A stretch of 64,000 nt of DNA from Antechinus flavipes. Taxonomy: Eukaryota. The position numbers were made by a program, and so were the translations under genes. The stretch is taken from the NCBI RefSeq assembly GCF_016432865.1, contig NC_067400.1, forward strand, positions 613,056,001 through 613,120,000. Direction: 5' to 3'. Of the stretch, positions 1-12,233 are shown in pieces. The notes beneath the pieces were generated by a model. That model had not been told where the DNA came from and ran no database searches. It worked only from the letters and a program-made list of their open reading frames with translations. Numbering within the stretch: the first letter of the stretch is position 1; every line of letters starts with the position of its first letter.

Positions 1-150
1 GGAGAAGGGGGCGTCTCCATCTCCAAGATTAACCTTCACTTTTTGAAATTATTGTACATGTGATTTTTTTTTTCCTGTTCATACATTTGTGCTGCCTGCC
101 CCTGTGCTTCCAGCACATTTCAATAAAATTGTTTGGAAAATAAATGTTGT
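1..150 (+). other. HNRNPL: Probable distal 3' UTR / 3' end of HNRNPL (gene body lies upstream of the window)
   Basis: U-rich UTR-like text with tandem AATAAA (122-127, 139-144) followed by GT-rich TGTTGTGGTT. It lies directly upstream of and co-oriented with ECH1, as HNRNPL does in the conserved mammalian gene order. The gene assignment rests on synteny and recalled UTR similarity; no coding sequence is visible. Confidence 0.6.
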
Positions 151-2059
151 GGTTATATGACCAGAGAGTGTTTCTTGGTCCTTCCATCTGCAATCTGTTC
201 TCGACGCTGGGATACCTTGGCTCCCTAGTGCCCTACGGAAACATCTAGTAATTTGTATTTGGGTAAGGGCCCAAGCTGAGCAGACTGAGCTAAAGGGCAG
301 TTCCCAACCCCAAGGAGCTCACTTGTTTAAAAAAAAAAAAAAGATAGCCCAACAAGCTAGTGGACACAGAGCACTGAGGGTTTTTATCGGGGCCTAAAGG
401 AAGCCAAGAGGAGACGTTTTGTTTGTGGAACAGCCTGTGGCGGGACAGGAAGTGAGGGGTTAGGGGCTGGAAAAGGGGGACAGGCCAGTCAGAAAGGGTT
501 TTGAAGGCCAAGCGCCATCTTGTATTCACTCTTGGGAGGTAGTGGTGGGAAGGGGGAGAGGCCCGACCAATCCTGTGCCTTAGGAAAAGCCTTGGGGGCT
601 GAATGAGGATGGACTGGAATGGGGGAGAGGCCAGGCTGGACCCCCAGACCTCCAGCAGCTACTGCAGCGAGCCAGGGCAAAGTGAGCCCCGGGGAGGACA
701 GAAGGAGGGTATTCAGGGACGATCCCTGAGGCCTCTGACAACAGCTTGGATACTGGGGTGAGGGTGAGGAGTCCAGAGTGACCCCGAGATTGGAGAAGCC
801 CTGAGGGCCCGGGAGCAAAGGTGTTACTCTGGTCATACACAGGCAAGGGGGCAGCATTTGGGGGACTTGCTTTTTCTGAAGGGCAGTTGGGAGCTTGAAG
901 CTCAGCAGGGACGTTGGGACAGGAAAGGAAGTTTGAAAGTCATCGGCATAGAGATGGTAAAGTCAGGGGAGCGTCATTTGCAGGGAGTGGAGAAGGTGGC
1001 ACAGGCCAGAGTGGGAGGGACTCATGGTCAGGTCAGCCAGGACACGGGAGGAGCCACGGGGTCAAAGGCTGCCCAGGAGGATGGGTGAGAAGGGGCCGTT
1101 GGATGTGGCCGCTGGTCACTGGAGAGAGCGGTAGGTGGAACGGCCGGGGCAGAAGCTGGACTTTAAGAGGCTTAAGAGAGGGGAGGCAGCCCTTGCAGAT
1201 GGCCTTTCACAGCAAAGATGCAAGGATCACGGAGAGAGCCGTTTGTGAGCCAGGGGAGGGGGGGGCTGAAAATAAATGAGGGGCAGAGAGGTGGCCCCGG
1301 CCCCCAAAGTCAAATGTGACCTCAGACGCTAGCTCTTTGGTCAAGTCACTTAACCCCCTCCCTCCCCCCAAGGAAAAATAGTGGGTGTGAGAACAGTCAC
1401 TGGGGTGTTTGAAGGAGAGAAAAGTTGTCTTAACGGACCGGAAGGTCGTGCTCTGGGGAGCCTCCAGACAACAGCTAGGAAGGCCACGGACCTCAAAGGA
1501 AGAGAAGGGGGAACCTGGAGGTGGCCAAGGAGGGATGAGGGAGCAGCTCGCACTGGAAGGGCTGAGACCCCCACACAGGGCAGAGGAACAGAGGATGAGG
1601 GGACAGGCGCTGCCCGGGGAACAGGCATTCCAGGCTTCACAGGAAGGGGGTGCATTAAGGGGATGAGAAATGGTGGAGATCACTGCAATATGGACAGAGT
1701 AGCCAGTGTCAATGACCATGACAAAGAAAACTGGACGTCAGACAGGACAGGAAGAGCCCTTCCTTTCCTTTTCTTCTTTTTCTTCCTCCCTTTCCCTGCC
1801 TTCTTTTTTCCTTCATTCCTCTCCTCCTTTTCTCTTCCTCTTCTTTTTACCTTCCTTCCATCCCTCCTTTTTTCCCCTCCCTTTCTTTCTCCCTCCTTTC
1901 CCCATGGATGCGGTCCCTTGGTGGTGGGGGTGGGGCTCCCTTCCCCAGGCCCCGCCCACTGGGTATAGTGGATCTCTTTCAGCCTCGCTACATAATTTTT
2001 TTCTTCCGATCTGACATTCTCCGCTTTACCGATGGGTAAACTGAGGCTTGGCTAGGGGA

Positions 2060-2460
2060 AGAGGGGCGCCCCCGTCAGGCTGAGCTCGGCTCTTTAGGCC
2101 CTGGTCTAGCGGCGCCTCAAGGCGGACAAGGGGTGGGGTCAGGAGGAGGCCACGCCCCTCCGCCCTCCTGCCCTCGTTCATCATGGCGGCGGGACGCCTT
2201 CAGAGAGCGCTGACGGCTGGGGAAACAAGATGGCGCTGTGACCTTTCTCAACATGGTCGCTGCGCCCTGCCCCCTACCCCGCTGCCGGACGCTGCCCTCA
2301 CTCAAGATGGCGGCAGTCTTCAAAATGGCCGCGGGCCCTGCCCTCCTTAATATGGCGTTGTCCCGCCCCCGTCACCCCACTTTGCTCAGGATGGCGGCGG
2401 CAACCTCAGGCTCTCGCGGGCTCCGGAGCCTCCTGCTGCGGCGTGAGTCCCCTGGTCCGG
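2060..2460 (+). promoter_or_regulatory. ECH1 CpG-island, TATA-less promoter with clustered YY1-like motifs
   Basis: CpG-rich; GC boxes (CCCCGCCC, CCCGCCCC). AAnATGGCG-type motifs at ~2179, 2226, 2249, 2303, 2321, 2349 and 2388. Confidence 0.75.
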
Positions 2461-5400
2461 GGTTCGGGGTGGAGGTCATGACCTCGGGGCGGCAGGGGAC
2501 AGGGTAGCTCTCTCCCTGGCTCTGCCCTCTGACCCCATTGTACCCCAGCCCCCCAAGTTCTGAACCCCCAGTGCTGGGCTCATTCTTCCCGCCAGTGTCT
2601 CAAAGGTGACCTCGCCCTGAACACGACCCCACCTGTATCCTACATCCCCCCCTCTCGTTCAGCCACAATCCCCTAGATGCCCCTGCCTCCACCCCGAAAT
2701 GATCGTTCACCCCACTTACCCCCCTCAGCGCTTCCACCTTCTTTTCCCCAAATATAGCTGCTAGCCCACCCCGTCCCCCAGCCCCCACCACCTGACCCCT
2801 CCCCCAGACCGGCTCTTCCCGACCTTTCTCCCACTTTGGGCTCTGGACCTTTCTCCTACAGGCCCCATGACCTCTCACCCACATAATGAACTTTCTCCCA
2901 GCCCAAAAGGCTCCAATCGCCCTCCCCTTCTCTCCCTGGAGCCCCCTCCTCTTTCAGTCCTCCTCTCCTAATCTCTGGAGCCCCCTCCCTAGCAGTCCCC
3001 CTCCCCCTGTCTCCTTGGAGCCCCCTCCCCTCTCCATGTCTCTCTGAGTCCCCCTCCCTTCAGTCTTTTTCCTCTCCCCCCCGCTCCCGGTCTCCTTAGA
3101 GCCCCTCCCCCTGGGTCTCCTCCCCTTTCCTATTCTCCTTGGAGCCCCCTCTTCTTTCTCTCCCGGTCTCCTTAGAGCCCCTCCCCCTGGGTCTCCTCCC
3201 CTTTCCTAGTCTCCTTGGAGCCCCCTCTTCTTTCTCTCCTGGTCTCTGGAGCCCCCTCCCCCTGGGTCTCCTCCCCCCCTGTCCTAGTCCCCCTGGAGCC
3301 CCCTCCCCTAGCTCTCCTTGTTCAGCCCCCGCCTCGCCCCTCCCCACTTGTTTTTCTGAAATTCAGGGTAACTGACTGGGTTCTCACTTTGCTTCCCCCC
3401 CCACTCCCAAACCCAGATCTGGTGGCTGGTCGCAGACCCCTCCTCAGCTCGCGTTCCATGAGCTCGGCCGAGAAGCTGGCGCCGTCGCAGGCAAAGGAAC
3501 ACGACTATGAGTCCCTCAGGGTGACCGAGGCCGGCGACCATGTCCTGCACGTGCAGTTAAACAGGCCGGAGAAGAGAAATGCCATGAACAGGGCCTTCTG
3601 GAGGTCTGGGCTGGGGAGGAGCTGGGGGCTTGCTGGGGGGGAGGCCATGGCCTCTTGGGGCCGGCAGCATCAGGGAGCCCGAGACCTCCCTGGGCCCGGT
3701 GCCTCGGAGGGTGGGGCAGCCCAAGGGGCGCCATGGGGTGGGGGCGGGAAGGAGGCTAAGAACTGGGGCTGCCACTAAGAGAAGGAGAGATCACGGGCAA
3801 CACGATTGGGCTAGCGCAAGCACAGGGAGCTGGGATAGCCCAGGCACGGAGGGGGCTGGAGGAGAGCCCAGGCAGAGAAGGGGGCCAGGCTCCGGCCCTG
3901 ACCCGGCGCCCTTTTCTCAGGGAGATGGTGGAGTGCTTCAACAAGATCGCCCAGGACCCGGGCTGCAGGGCTGTGGTGATCTCGGGGGCCGGGAAGATGT
4001 TCACGTCAGGTGCCTGCCGCCCCCCCCACCTCAGCGTCTCAGGCTGAGCCCCTCCCGACCTGTGGGAGGGCCTTTTACCTAGGGGGAGACGGAGACGGAG
4101 GCCCCGGGACTGGAACCCGGGTCCTCTTCACAGGAGCCACGCCGGCCCGCAGCAGTGGGGGGCTCACTCCCCATCCTCAGCGTTCCCCGGTTTGGGGCTG
4201 GAGGGGCCCTCGCAAGGTGCCAGAGAGTGGCGGATGATAGCGCGGGGTCCCCGCTTTGCTGAGGCTTTTCAAGTGCTTTCCTCCCGCCGCCAGGAGGGGG
4301 CTCCCCGTGTTACAGGTGGCGGCCCCTGTCAGATGGGGCTGGAAACGGGGTGTCCGGGGGTGGAGGGCAGAGCTGGGGAGGTGGGACCCCAGCTCATCTC
4401 CACCGGCAGGGATCGACCTCATGGACATGGCGGGAGACCTTCTCCAGCCACAAGGGGAAGATCACGCCCGCGTCAGCTGGAACTTGCGCCAGTTGATCTC
4501 CAGATACCAGGAGACCTTCACTGTCATTGAGAAGGTGGGCTGCCCACCCTGGGGGCGGGGTGGGGGAGGGGCCTGGGCAGCTCCTAGCGCCCCTTTTCCT
4601 TGCAGTGCCCCAAGCCGGTCATCGCGGCGGTCCATGGTGGTTGCATCGGGGGAGGTGAGTCTGGGAGGCCGGGAGGGGGAGGACCCCGGGCCCTTGTGCC
4701 CCACGGCCGGCCCCGGAGTCACTCCCGCCTGTGCCCCCCAGGGGTGGACCTCATCTCCGCCTGTGACATCAGATACTGCGCCCAGGACGCCTGGTTCCAG
4801 GTGAAGGTGAGAGCAGAGGCTCCTGGCAGGGGGGGAGCCCCAGAGGCTCCGGTGCCAGGGCAGCCCCTGACCCCTCCTATCGCCCGCAGGAGGTGGACAT
4901 CGGTCTGGCTGCCGACGTGGGGACGCTGCAGCGCCTGCCCAGGATCCTAGGGAGCCAGAGGTGCCAAGCGCCTCGGGCTGGGGACCGGGGGTAGTGGGGG
5001 GGGGGGAGGGAGGGGCGGCCGGCCGGGCTCCTCTCACCTCTCCGCCTCCCCTCCCCAGTCTGGTGAATGAGCTGGCCTTCACTGCCCGAAAGATGATGGC
5101 CGACGAAGCCCTGAGCAGCGGCCTGGTCAAGTAAGGCCCCAGCCCCTAGGGCGCGATCCCCGAGGCCCCTCCCCCGGGCTCCCTAAACCAAGCCCAGCCC
5201 CTAGGGCGCGATCCCCGAGGCCCCTCCCCCGGGCTCCCCAGGCCAGGCCCGCCCTGCTCGGCCCTGACCCTGGGTGGGGCAATCCCCGAGGCCCCTCCCC
5301 TGCCCGCCGGGCTCCCTAAACCAGGCCCTGACCCTGGGGGCGATCTCCGAGGTCCCCTCCCTGTCCACCTGGGCGCCCGGGACGCCCGCTCCCTCCGGGT

Positions 5401-6469
5401 CCGCTGACCCGGGGCCTGTCCGCTCGCCCCCAGCCGCGTGTTTCAGGACCACGAGTCCCTGCTGGCCGCCGCCTTGGGTCTGGCGGGCGAGATCTCCAGC
5501 AAGAGCCCGGTGGCTGTGCAGGGCACCAAAGTCAACCTGCTCTACTCGCGAGACCACAGCGTGGCCGAAGGGCTCAACTTCATGGTGAGCCCCGCCCCCG
5601 GCCGGTGGCCCCCTGCTGCGTGCTCCGCGCCCCCTCCCCCCTGCCTTGGGGAGAAAGACCCCAAGCAAACAGCCACGTGTGACACACGGGGAGGGGAAAG
5701 GAAACCCCCCCGCGGGTGAGGAAGCAGGGAGGCCGGGAAATGGGGGAGGGCCCCTTGGACAGCAGCCCGTAGGCTAGTAGCCCGCTGAGCTCAGCCTCAG
5801 CTGGAGGGGTGTGGCGGCGGGTGGGGCCAGAGGCTGGGGGCGGGGCCGGAGATTGGGGGCCGGTTCTGAGGTGGTCCTTCAGCCAGGTCGGACCCTCTGG
5901 GACCCTTCGGGAGCTTTCTTGGCACAGATCCCGGCGGGGCTCGCCCGTTCCTTCGCCAGCTCATTTTACAGATGGGGAAGCTGAGCTGTGACAGGGCCCC
6001 CAATCAGGCCCGTCTGAGGCCGGGCCTGAGCTCAGGTTGGGGCTCCGGGCTGTTCAGGCAGCTTCTCAGGGGACGCGGAGGCCGTTAAGGCTTGGGGAGG
6101 AAGGGCCCGGAGGAGCCTTGGCAGCCAGGCCCCTTTACCTGGCTTTGGTTGGCCTCTGCAGGGGCACTGCCCAGGGGAAAAGGAGGAGACAGAAAAGTGT
6201 CCAGGAGCAACGAGTCCCAATCTACCCGGAGACGCATCCCAGCGGGGGCGCCCGGGGCAGGTCACTTCTCCCTGTCTGCCTCAGTTTCCTCATCTGCCAA
6301 ATGAGCTGGAGAAGGAAATGGCCAGCCACAGGAATGACCAGGGCTCCCCCTTCTCTCTCCTTAGACCGCCTGGAACATGAGCATGCTGCAGACCGAGGAC
6401 ATAACCAAGTCGGTGCAGGCCTCCTTGGAGAAGAAGGACCTGAAGAGCGTCACTTTCTCCAAACTCTGA
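2391..6469 (+). CDS. ECH1: Delta(3,5)-Delta(2,4)-dienoyl-CoA isomerase (enoyl-CoA hydratase 1), 10 coding exons, 321 aa
   Basis: Exons 2391-2442, 3417-3603, 3921-4009, 4410-4534, 4606-4654, 4742-4806, 4890-4960, 5059-5130, 5434-5584, 6365-6469 (966 nt, all GT-AG, phases consistent). Peptides MAAATSGSRGLRSLLLRR, VLHVQLNRPEKRNAMN, CPKPVIAAVHGGCIGGGVDL, VKEVDIGLAADVGTLQRLP, SPVAVQGTKVNLLYSRDHSV, ending TFSKL* (PTS1 SKL). The acidic catalytic residues in VDL, KEV and ADV are retained. Confidence 0.97.
2930..3310. repeat. C-rich tandem repeat in ECH1 intron 1 (76-bp unit built from GAGCCCC-containing subunits)
   Basis: CTCCCGGTCTCCTTAGAGCCCCTCCCCCTGGGTCTCC recurs at 3084 and 3160, with degenerate copies on both sides. 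Confidence 0.8.
5136..5372. repeat. ~55-bp GC-rich tandem repeat in ECH1 intron 8
   Basis: CCCAGCCCCTAGGGCGCGATCCCCGAGGCCCCTCCCCCGGGCTCCC at 5138 and 5193, with degenerate copies near 5278 and 5338. Confidence 0.8.
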
Positions 6470-6604
6470 ATGTCTTTGCCCCCCCCCCACGTTCCCACTG
6501 CCCTTTGACCTGTCATCTGATCCCTGGAGGCCGGATCCCTCTCCCGGAGGGCGTGGGCTCTCTCTGCTGGCCCCTCCACATCCCTCATGGGGGTGGGGGC
6601 CACT

Positions 6605-6610
6605 AATAAA
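6605..6610 (+). terminator. ECH1 polyadenylation signal
   Basis: AATAAA 136 nt after the ECH1 stop codon. Confidence 0.85.
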
Positions 6611-6684
6611 GTCATTCTGTGAACCCAGCGACTCCAAGTGCACTTTACGCGTCCTGGGCGTGGGCTGAGGGAGGTGGGCCAGAT

Positions 6685-7045
6685 GGAAGAGGTCAAAGGC
6701 CCTTGTGTTCCCCTCACACACCTGTTTGTTCTGGGCTGGGAACCTGCCCACTTCTCCAATAGCGCTCCCAGCCTCCGCAGATAAGAATCAAGATAAAGCT
6801 TGGCTGTGGTCAAAGGTTGGGGGGTGCAGCTTCCTCTTCTGAGGGGCAGGGGAAGACTAGGAACCCCCAGACCCACCTGGAATGAGGGGGGCCTCCTGAG
6901 GGGGGGCAAGAGAGAGGGGAGACCCCCATAAAGGGAGCTGGTGGGAGGGGAAGGGAAGAAAGGAAGGAAGGAGTGTTTGTCCCCCCCAGTTCCGCTGCCG
7001 CCACACCCAGGACACCCCTTCCCTGCCCTGCTGGGGTATAAAAGG
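6685..7045 (+). promoter_or_regulatory. LGALS4 promoter: TATA box plus HNF4-, GATA- and CDX-like motifs
   Basis: TATAAAA at 7037-7043; DR1/HNF4-like AGGTCAAAGGCC (6690-6701) and TGGTCAAAGGTT (6807-6818); AGATAA at 6779 and 6791; CCATAAA at 6926. Consistent with the known intestinal expression of galectin-4. Binding is inferred from motif match only. Confidence 0.7.
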
Positions 7046-7121
7046 CATAGCGGGCACGCTCCTCGCCCTACTCCCGACACCAGCTTTTTCCTCTGCTGTC
7101 CAGAACCCTCTCTGTGCCAAC

Positions 7122-10100
7122 ATGACTTTTATGCCCGCTCCCGGCTACCAACCCAGCTATAACCCGGTGAGTGCCCAGCGGGCCCAGCCCCGAGCTCGGG
7201 GCTCACCCAGCTCGCATCTCCCCCAGTCTGGCCTCATCCCCACCATGACCTTGGGTGGTGAGGAGAGCAGGCGGGGGCCCATAGAGCTCCCTCCCTCCCC
7301 GCTGAGGGGGCTCCATTCTGGACCCCACTAACCCTCCCACCCTCTCGCCCACCCAGACTCTCCCATACAACAGAGAGATCCCCGGGGGGCTGCGCTCAGG
7401 GATGTCCGTCTACATCCAAGGGGTGGCCAGTGACCATATGAAGAGGTGAGGGCTGGAAAGGGATGGATGGAGAGGATGGGAGAAGGGCTGGGGTCTCTGG
7501 ACAGAGGAGGGTGGGGAAAATGCTGCCTCTGACCCCCCACATAGCTACCTGTGGGACCCGGAAGTCACTCACCTTCTGAGAGCTTGATTACAATCTGAAA
7601 TGAGGCTAAATTAGTGGGAAGGAGAGAACCTGCATCTATTAATTGCCTACTGTGTACCATGCACTCTATTACAATGTCTCATCTTAGACTTGTATCTTAG
7701 CTGGTCTCTAAGGTCACAGCGGCCTCTAATCTGCTGTCCTGGCACAGGGGAGGGAGGATTAGAACTGAGCCCCCCGCCCCCGCCCAGCAGCCGCTGTCCG
7801 GATCTTCCTGGAGGAGGGAGCCGGCGGGGAGCGGGGGCCGCGGGCTCTGAGCCTCTTTTCGTGCCGTGGCTTCTCCCTGCCAGGTTTTATATAAACTTTG
7901 CGGTGGGGGGCACGCCCGGCTGCGACGTAGCCTTCCACTTCAACCCGCGCTTCGACGGCTGGGACAAGGTGGTTTTCAACACGATGCAGGGGGGCAGCTG
8001 GGGCAGCGAGGAGAAGAAGCGGAGCATGCCCTTCAAGAAGGGCGCCCCCTTCGAGATGGTCATCATGGTCATGGACGAGCATTACAAGGTCTGGGAGAGG
8101 CGGGCGGGGCGGCCGGGGCGGGGGCCTTCCGCAGGCGCTGCCCCTCGAGCCAGAAACTTCCCAGAAGGGGGAAGGGGGCAGCCGGGGGCGCCCCAGGGCA
8201 GCCCGAGTCAGGCGTCCAGAAGCACTTATTAGGCGCCTAAGGTGGTGTTTCAGAAAAGGCGATTTAGCCTAATCTCCAGAAAGATTTTCTCCTAAGGAAA
8301 GCAACAGGTAGCGAGATCCCTGGCCCCGCGGGCTCCGAAATATGTCGCTTGGCTAGGCTGCCTTAGGCCAGAAAACTGGCCGAGGAGTGTGTGAGGTCCC
8401 TTCCGGGCCGAGAGACGGACCGGCTCCCTGCCCTTCTTTTCCGGGGAGTGCTCCCAGTGCTCTCTCCTGGGCTCCCTTCCCCGGTCTCCCCGCTGACAAA
8501 GTCCTCCCCGCCGGGACTGAAGGAGGCGTCAGATAATGAATTCGTGAGAGCGCATTTATTAGGCGCCCTCAGCTTTGGAGCGAAGAGCTCTGGGGCCGAA
8601 TAGTCTCCGTGGTTGGCCCCGGGGCCGGGACTCAGTTTCTCCCGCTGTCATAGAAGGGGCTCCCAAGCCCTGAGGCTCCGCCCCCTGCTCGCACCCCCTC
8701 TCGCCGGTAACCGTTGCGGCGCCGATTCCTGGGCTTCTTTAGGAGCCGGGACATCGGAAGGGGGACGTCCCCAAATTTGGGACCAGCCTATGTGGAGCAG
8801 GGCAGCCAGGTGGCGCTATCGAGCCAGTCCCAGACTCCCGAGGGCCTGGATGCGAATGCAGCCTTAGCTGCGAGATCCTGAGCGAGTCACTGACCCCCGT
8901 TCTCCCAGCTGCAGAAGGAAATGGCAAAGCTCTTCTCTGCCGAGAAATTCCAGCTGGGATCACCGAGAATCAGGGCTGGCCACGCTCCCCCGGGAGCTAC
9001 AAGAGCCGGCACTGAGCAAGCTCTCGGGTGGTCAGCCCAGGAGCATTTATTAAGTGCCCACTGTGTACCAGGAACTGGGCCAAGGCCGGGGACGCCAATA
9101 GAGACAGAAGAGGATCCCTGACATCAGGGAGTTCGCAGATAAACAGTGTGCAGATCACAGGACAAACGGGGGGCAGACCCGGGCAGGGATCGGCAAAGAC
9201 TTCGGGTTTTTAGGAAATCCCTGACATGCGCCATAATTGTCCAGATCGGGGGTTTACCTTTACCGAGGCAACCAGGAGTTTTGGGGCTCCTCCCGGGACG
9301 CCCTTTGACCTGAAGCGTCAGCTGTAGTTGTTAGAGGCAGGATTTGAACCCCGGATCCAACCGGGACGCTCTGTGAGGTCCCAGGGAGGGGAAAGGTTAA
9401 CACTCGGGGTGGGGGGTGGGAAAGATCACCCAGGTTTTGGTCTCAAGTCATCCTAGCTTCCTCCCTCCCCTCCAGGTGGTGGTAAACGGCAGCCCCTTCT
9501 ATGAGTATGGGCACCGGCTGCCCATACAGATGGTCACTCACTTGCAAGTGGATGGAGACCTGGAGCTTTACTCCATCAACTTCCTTGGAGGAGGCCCCGA
9601 CCCAGGCCAGGTAGAGGCTGTGGAGGGGGATGGGCTAGCCCGGGAGAGCAGGGCTGCGGACACGGTTCCACTCCGGCCTGCTGGGGTGCTGCAGAAAGTT
9701 CGGGGGCGGGGTGGGCCCTAAGTGGGGGGCTCAGGGCGGGAGGAGGAGACTCCGGGGTGCTTCTCGTGATGAGTCCCTGCCTGAGACTGAAAGTGGGAGC
9801 CAGCAGGAATCCTCGACCGGGGGCCCTTCTCTCCAACTCCCGCCAACGGCCTCCCCCCTTCCCCAGTTTTACAGGGGAGGGGGAAATCGCTGCCTAAGGT
9901 CACATGGCTAAAGAGCAAGCAAAAGAAATAGACTTCCTCATATATAATTCATATAAGATCATCCTTAATTCATAAACATAATTCAAGCCCAGGCAGGCTC
10001 TCTCCAGATGCAGCTCGTGAAATGACGCCGACGCGGCTGCCCCATTATGGTCCCGCCTTTGGGCAAGGAGATGAACGGCTTCTGCTGAGGCTGCTCCATG

Positions 10101-12233
10101 AAAGGGCTGCGTCCCGAGCCAGGGGCCTGGTTCCAATCTCAGAACCCCCCCCCCGGGGTGGGGGGGCTCCTGGCAGGGAGGGGGCCTGCCTCGGTTTGTC
10201 TCTTCTGTGAATGGGAAAGTTGGCTGAAACGCTGTAGAAGCCTCTTTCTGCTCTGTCATTTCAGAGTCTTTCTGGTTTTGAGCCCGTTTTGGGGGAGGCT
10301 GGGAGTCTATCCCTCCGAATAAAGATGGTCAGGGAGTGGGGCTTCCTGTCTCCCATCTGTACCCCAGAACTTCCATTAGGAATTTTCAGGTGCGCGGTGT
10401 CCTTGTAGAACTCCGGTTGTGCGAAGGGTGAAGGAGGGGGCAACCCTCCATCCCCCTTTTACCCAGAGCTTCGGGGTACCCCCGGCAAGATACCTCATGC
10501 CTTTCTCTTCTCTCCCCGCAGATTCCTATGACAACCCCAGCGTACCCAGTAAGTACCCACTAGGGGAGAGGGCCAGGGCACAGAATCAGGAAGTGGCTCA
10601 GGGAATGGCGGGAAGCGGAGGGTCCCTTTCCTTACCTTCCTCCCTCCCTCATCCTCCAGGGCCCAGGAACCCCGCAGGCGAAGCCGCCCCATGAATTGGT
10701 GGTGAGTAGGCTTTGGCTGGAGGAAGGCGCAAGTCAGCAGATGCTCCCCCTGGCTCCTGAGGTAGTAGAGTCAATCAGCAGAGCCGCCGAGCTCTGGCAG
10801 AGACCCGGGTTCGAATCCCACCTCTAACCTGACTGCCTGAGTGACCAGGAAGAAATCACTTACCTTTTCTGAGACCCAACTGCCCTTCAAGTGCTTGGTC
10901 CTATAATCCGAAGGGTCCCCTAATCTCCAGCTTCTTTCCCCCCTTTGCAGACCATGGAAGGACCACCAGTCTTCAATCCGGTATGGCCTTCGAGTGGTAG
11001 GAGATTGGGCTCGTGGGGGGAGACGGAGCGGGAGTCCAGAGCCTCGGGTGGGAGGGCCAGATTTATTTCAGTGGGAATCCAGGTGATCCCCCACCCTCCC
11101 TGCCCCCACAGCGGAGCCAGAGGACTTGGGTTCAGACCTGCTGAGAATTACTTTCCCCAGGACTGGTTTGCCTCATCTACACGCAATGGGGGACTGGCAG
11201 GGGCCCACAGTCAGACGGCCTAGCAAAGGTGGGGTAAATGCCCTCCAGGGCCCTGGTCGGCTCTCGATTCTGTCTATGACCCTTTGATCAACAGCCTGTG
11301 CCATTCTGGGGGCGAATACAGAACGGTCTCACGGCCCGAAAAACCATTGTGATAAAGGGACTGGTGAATCAGCGGGGCAGCAGGTGAGAGGCCCGGCTGT
11401 GTAGCCCACCCGCTCCCACCTTTCTGGGGGCCCCTTTATCCGGATTTCCAAACTTGGGAACCCAGCTGTCCATCCTCCTCCATGAAATCCCTCCTGGGGA
11501 CCCATAAGCCCTCAGCCTCTCCCTCTCCCAGGGTGGAAGCCATCGGATCTCCTCCCCACTGCCCCTCTCAAGCCCCACTCCAAGTCCCCACTCAGGTCCC
11601 CCAGGGAATTCTTCCTGGGGAGTCATAAGTACTCTCAGCCCCATCAAGGGACCGGGGTAGCCATCCCTTGCTATTTCCCTCTCCCCCAGGAGTTCAGCTT
11701 TCTCCCTACAGCAGTCGCCCACTCCCCGTCCCCAGAGATCCTTACACTTTGGGGGTCCAAAGCCCTCAGGAGCCCAGGCCTAGGGGCCCACCCTCAGCGA
11801 CTGCCCTTTACTTTCTGTCCCCCAGTATCATCATCAACTTCAAGGAGGCCGATTCAGAGAACGTGGCCCTGCACATTAACCCTCGGCTCTCCGACGGGGT
11901 CGTGGTCCGCAACACCTTCATGGATGGGAAGTGGGGGAAAGAGGAGAAGACCATAACCTTCAACCCGTTCACCCGGGGCCAGTACTTTGATGTGAGTCTG
12001 GGGGCTCGGGGACCTGCCCCTGCCTCCCCCTCCCTTATTCTCACCACCCCCTCCTTCTCACTCTGCCTTTTTCCCGCCCCCTCCAGCTGTCTGTCCGCTG
12101 TGGCCACGACCGCTTCAAAGTCTTTGCCAACGGCCAGCACCTCTTCGACTACGCCCACCGATTCTTCGACTTCCACAAGGTGAACATGGTGGAGATCAAG
12201 GGAGACCTGTCCCTGTCTTATGTGCAGATCTGA
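7122..12233 (+). CDS. LGALS4: Galectin-4, tandem-repeat galectin, 10 coding exons, 324 aa
   Basis: Exons 7122-7166, 7357-7445, 7884-8088, 9476-9610, 10522-10548, 10660-10701, 10951-10980, 11295-11383, 11826-11991, 12087-12233 (975 nt). [15 protein letters not shown] start; [28 protein letters not shown]; linker mini-exons IPMTTPAYP / [14 protein letters not shown] / [10 protein letters not shown]; [23 protein letters not shown]; ends LSYVQI*. Confidence 0.96.

Noticed and set aside
290-2100. Numerous 60-195 aa ORFs between HNRNPL and ECH1
   Set aside because: Low-complexity purine/pyrimidine-skewed DNA with MIR bits; no protein family signature.
2238-2507. 89-aa ORF as a separate gene
   Set aside because: It is ECH1 exon 1 plus upstream in-frame sequence, read into intron 1.
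7998-8022. LGALS4 N-CRD WGSEEK instead of human WGSEER
   Set aside because: As I recall, rodent galectin-4 also has EEK here, so it is not unusual.
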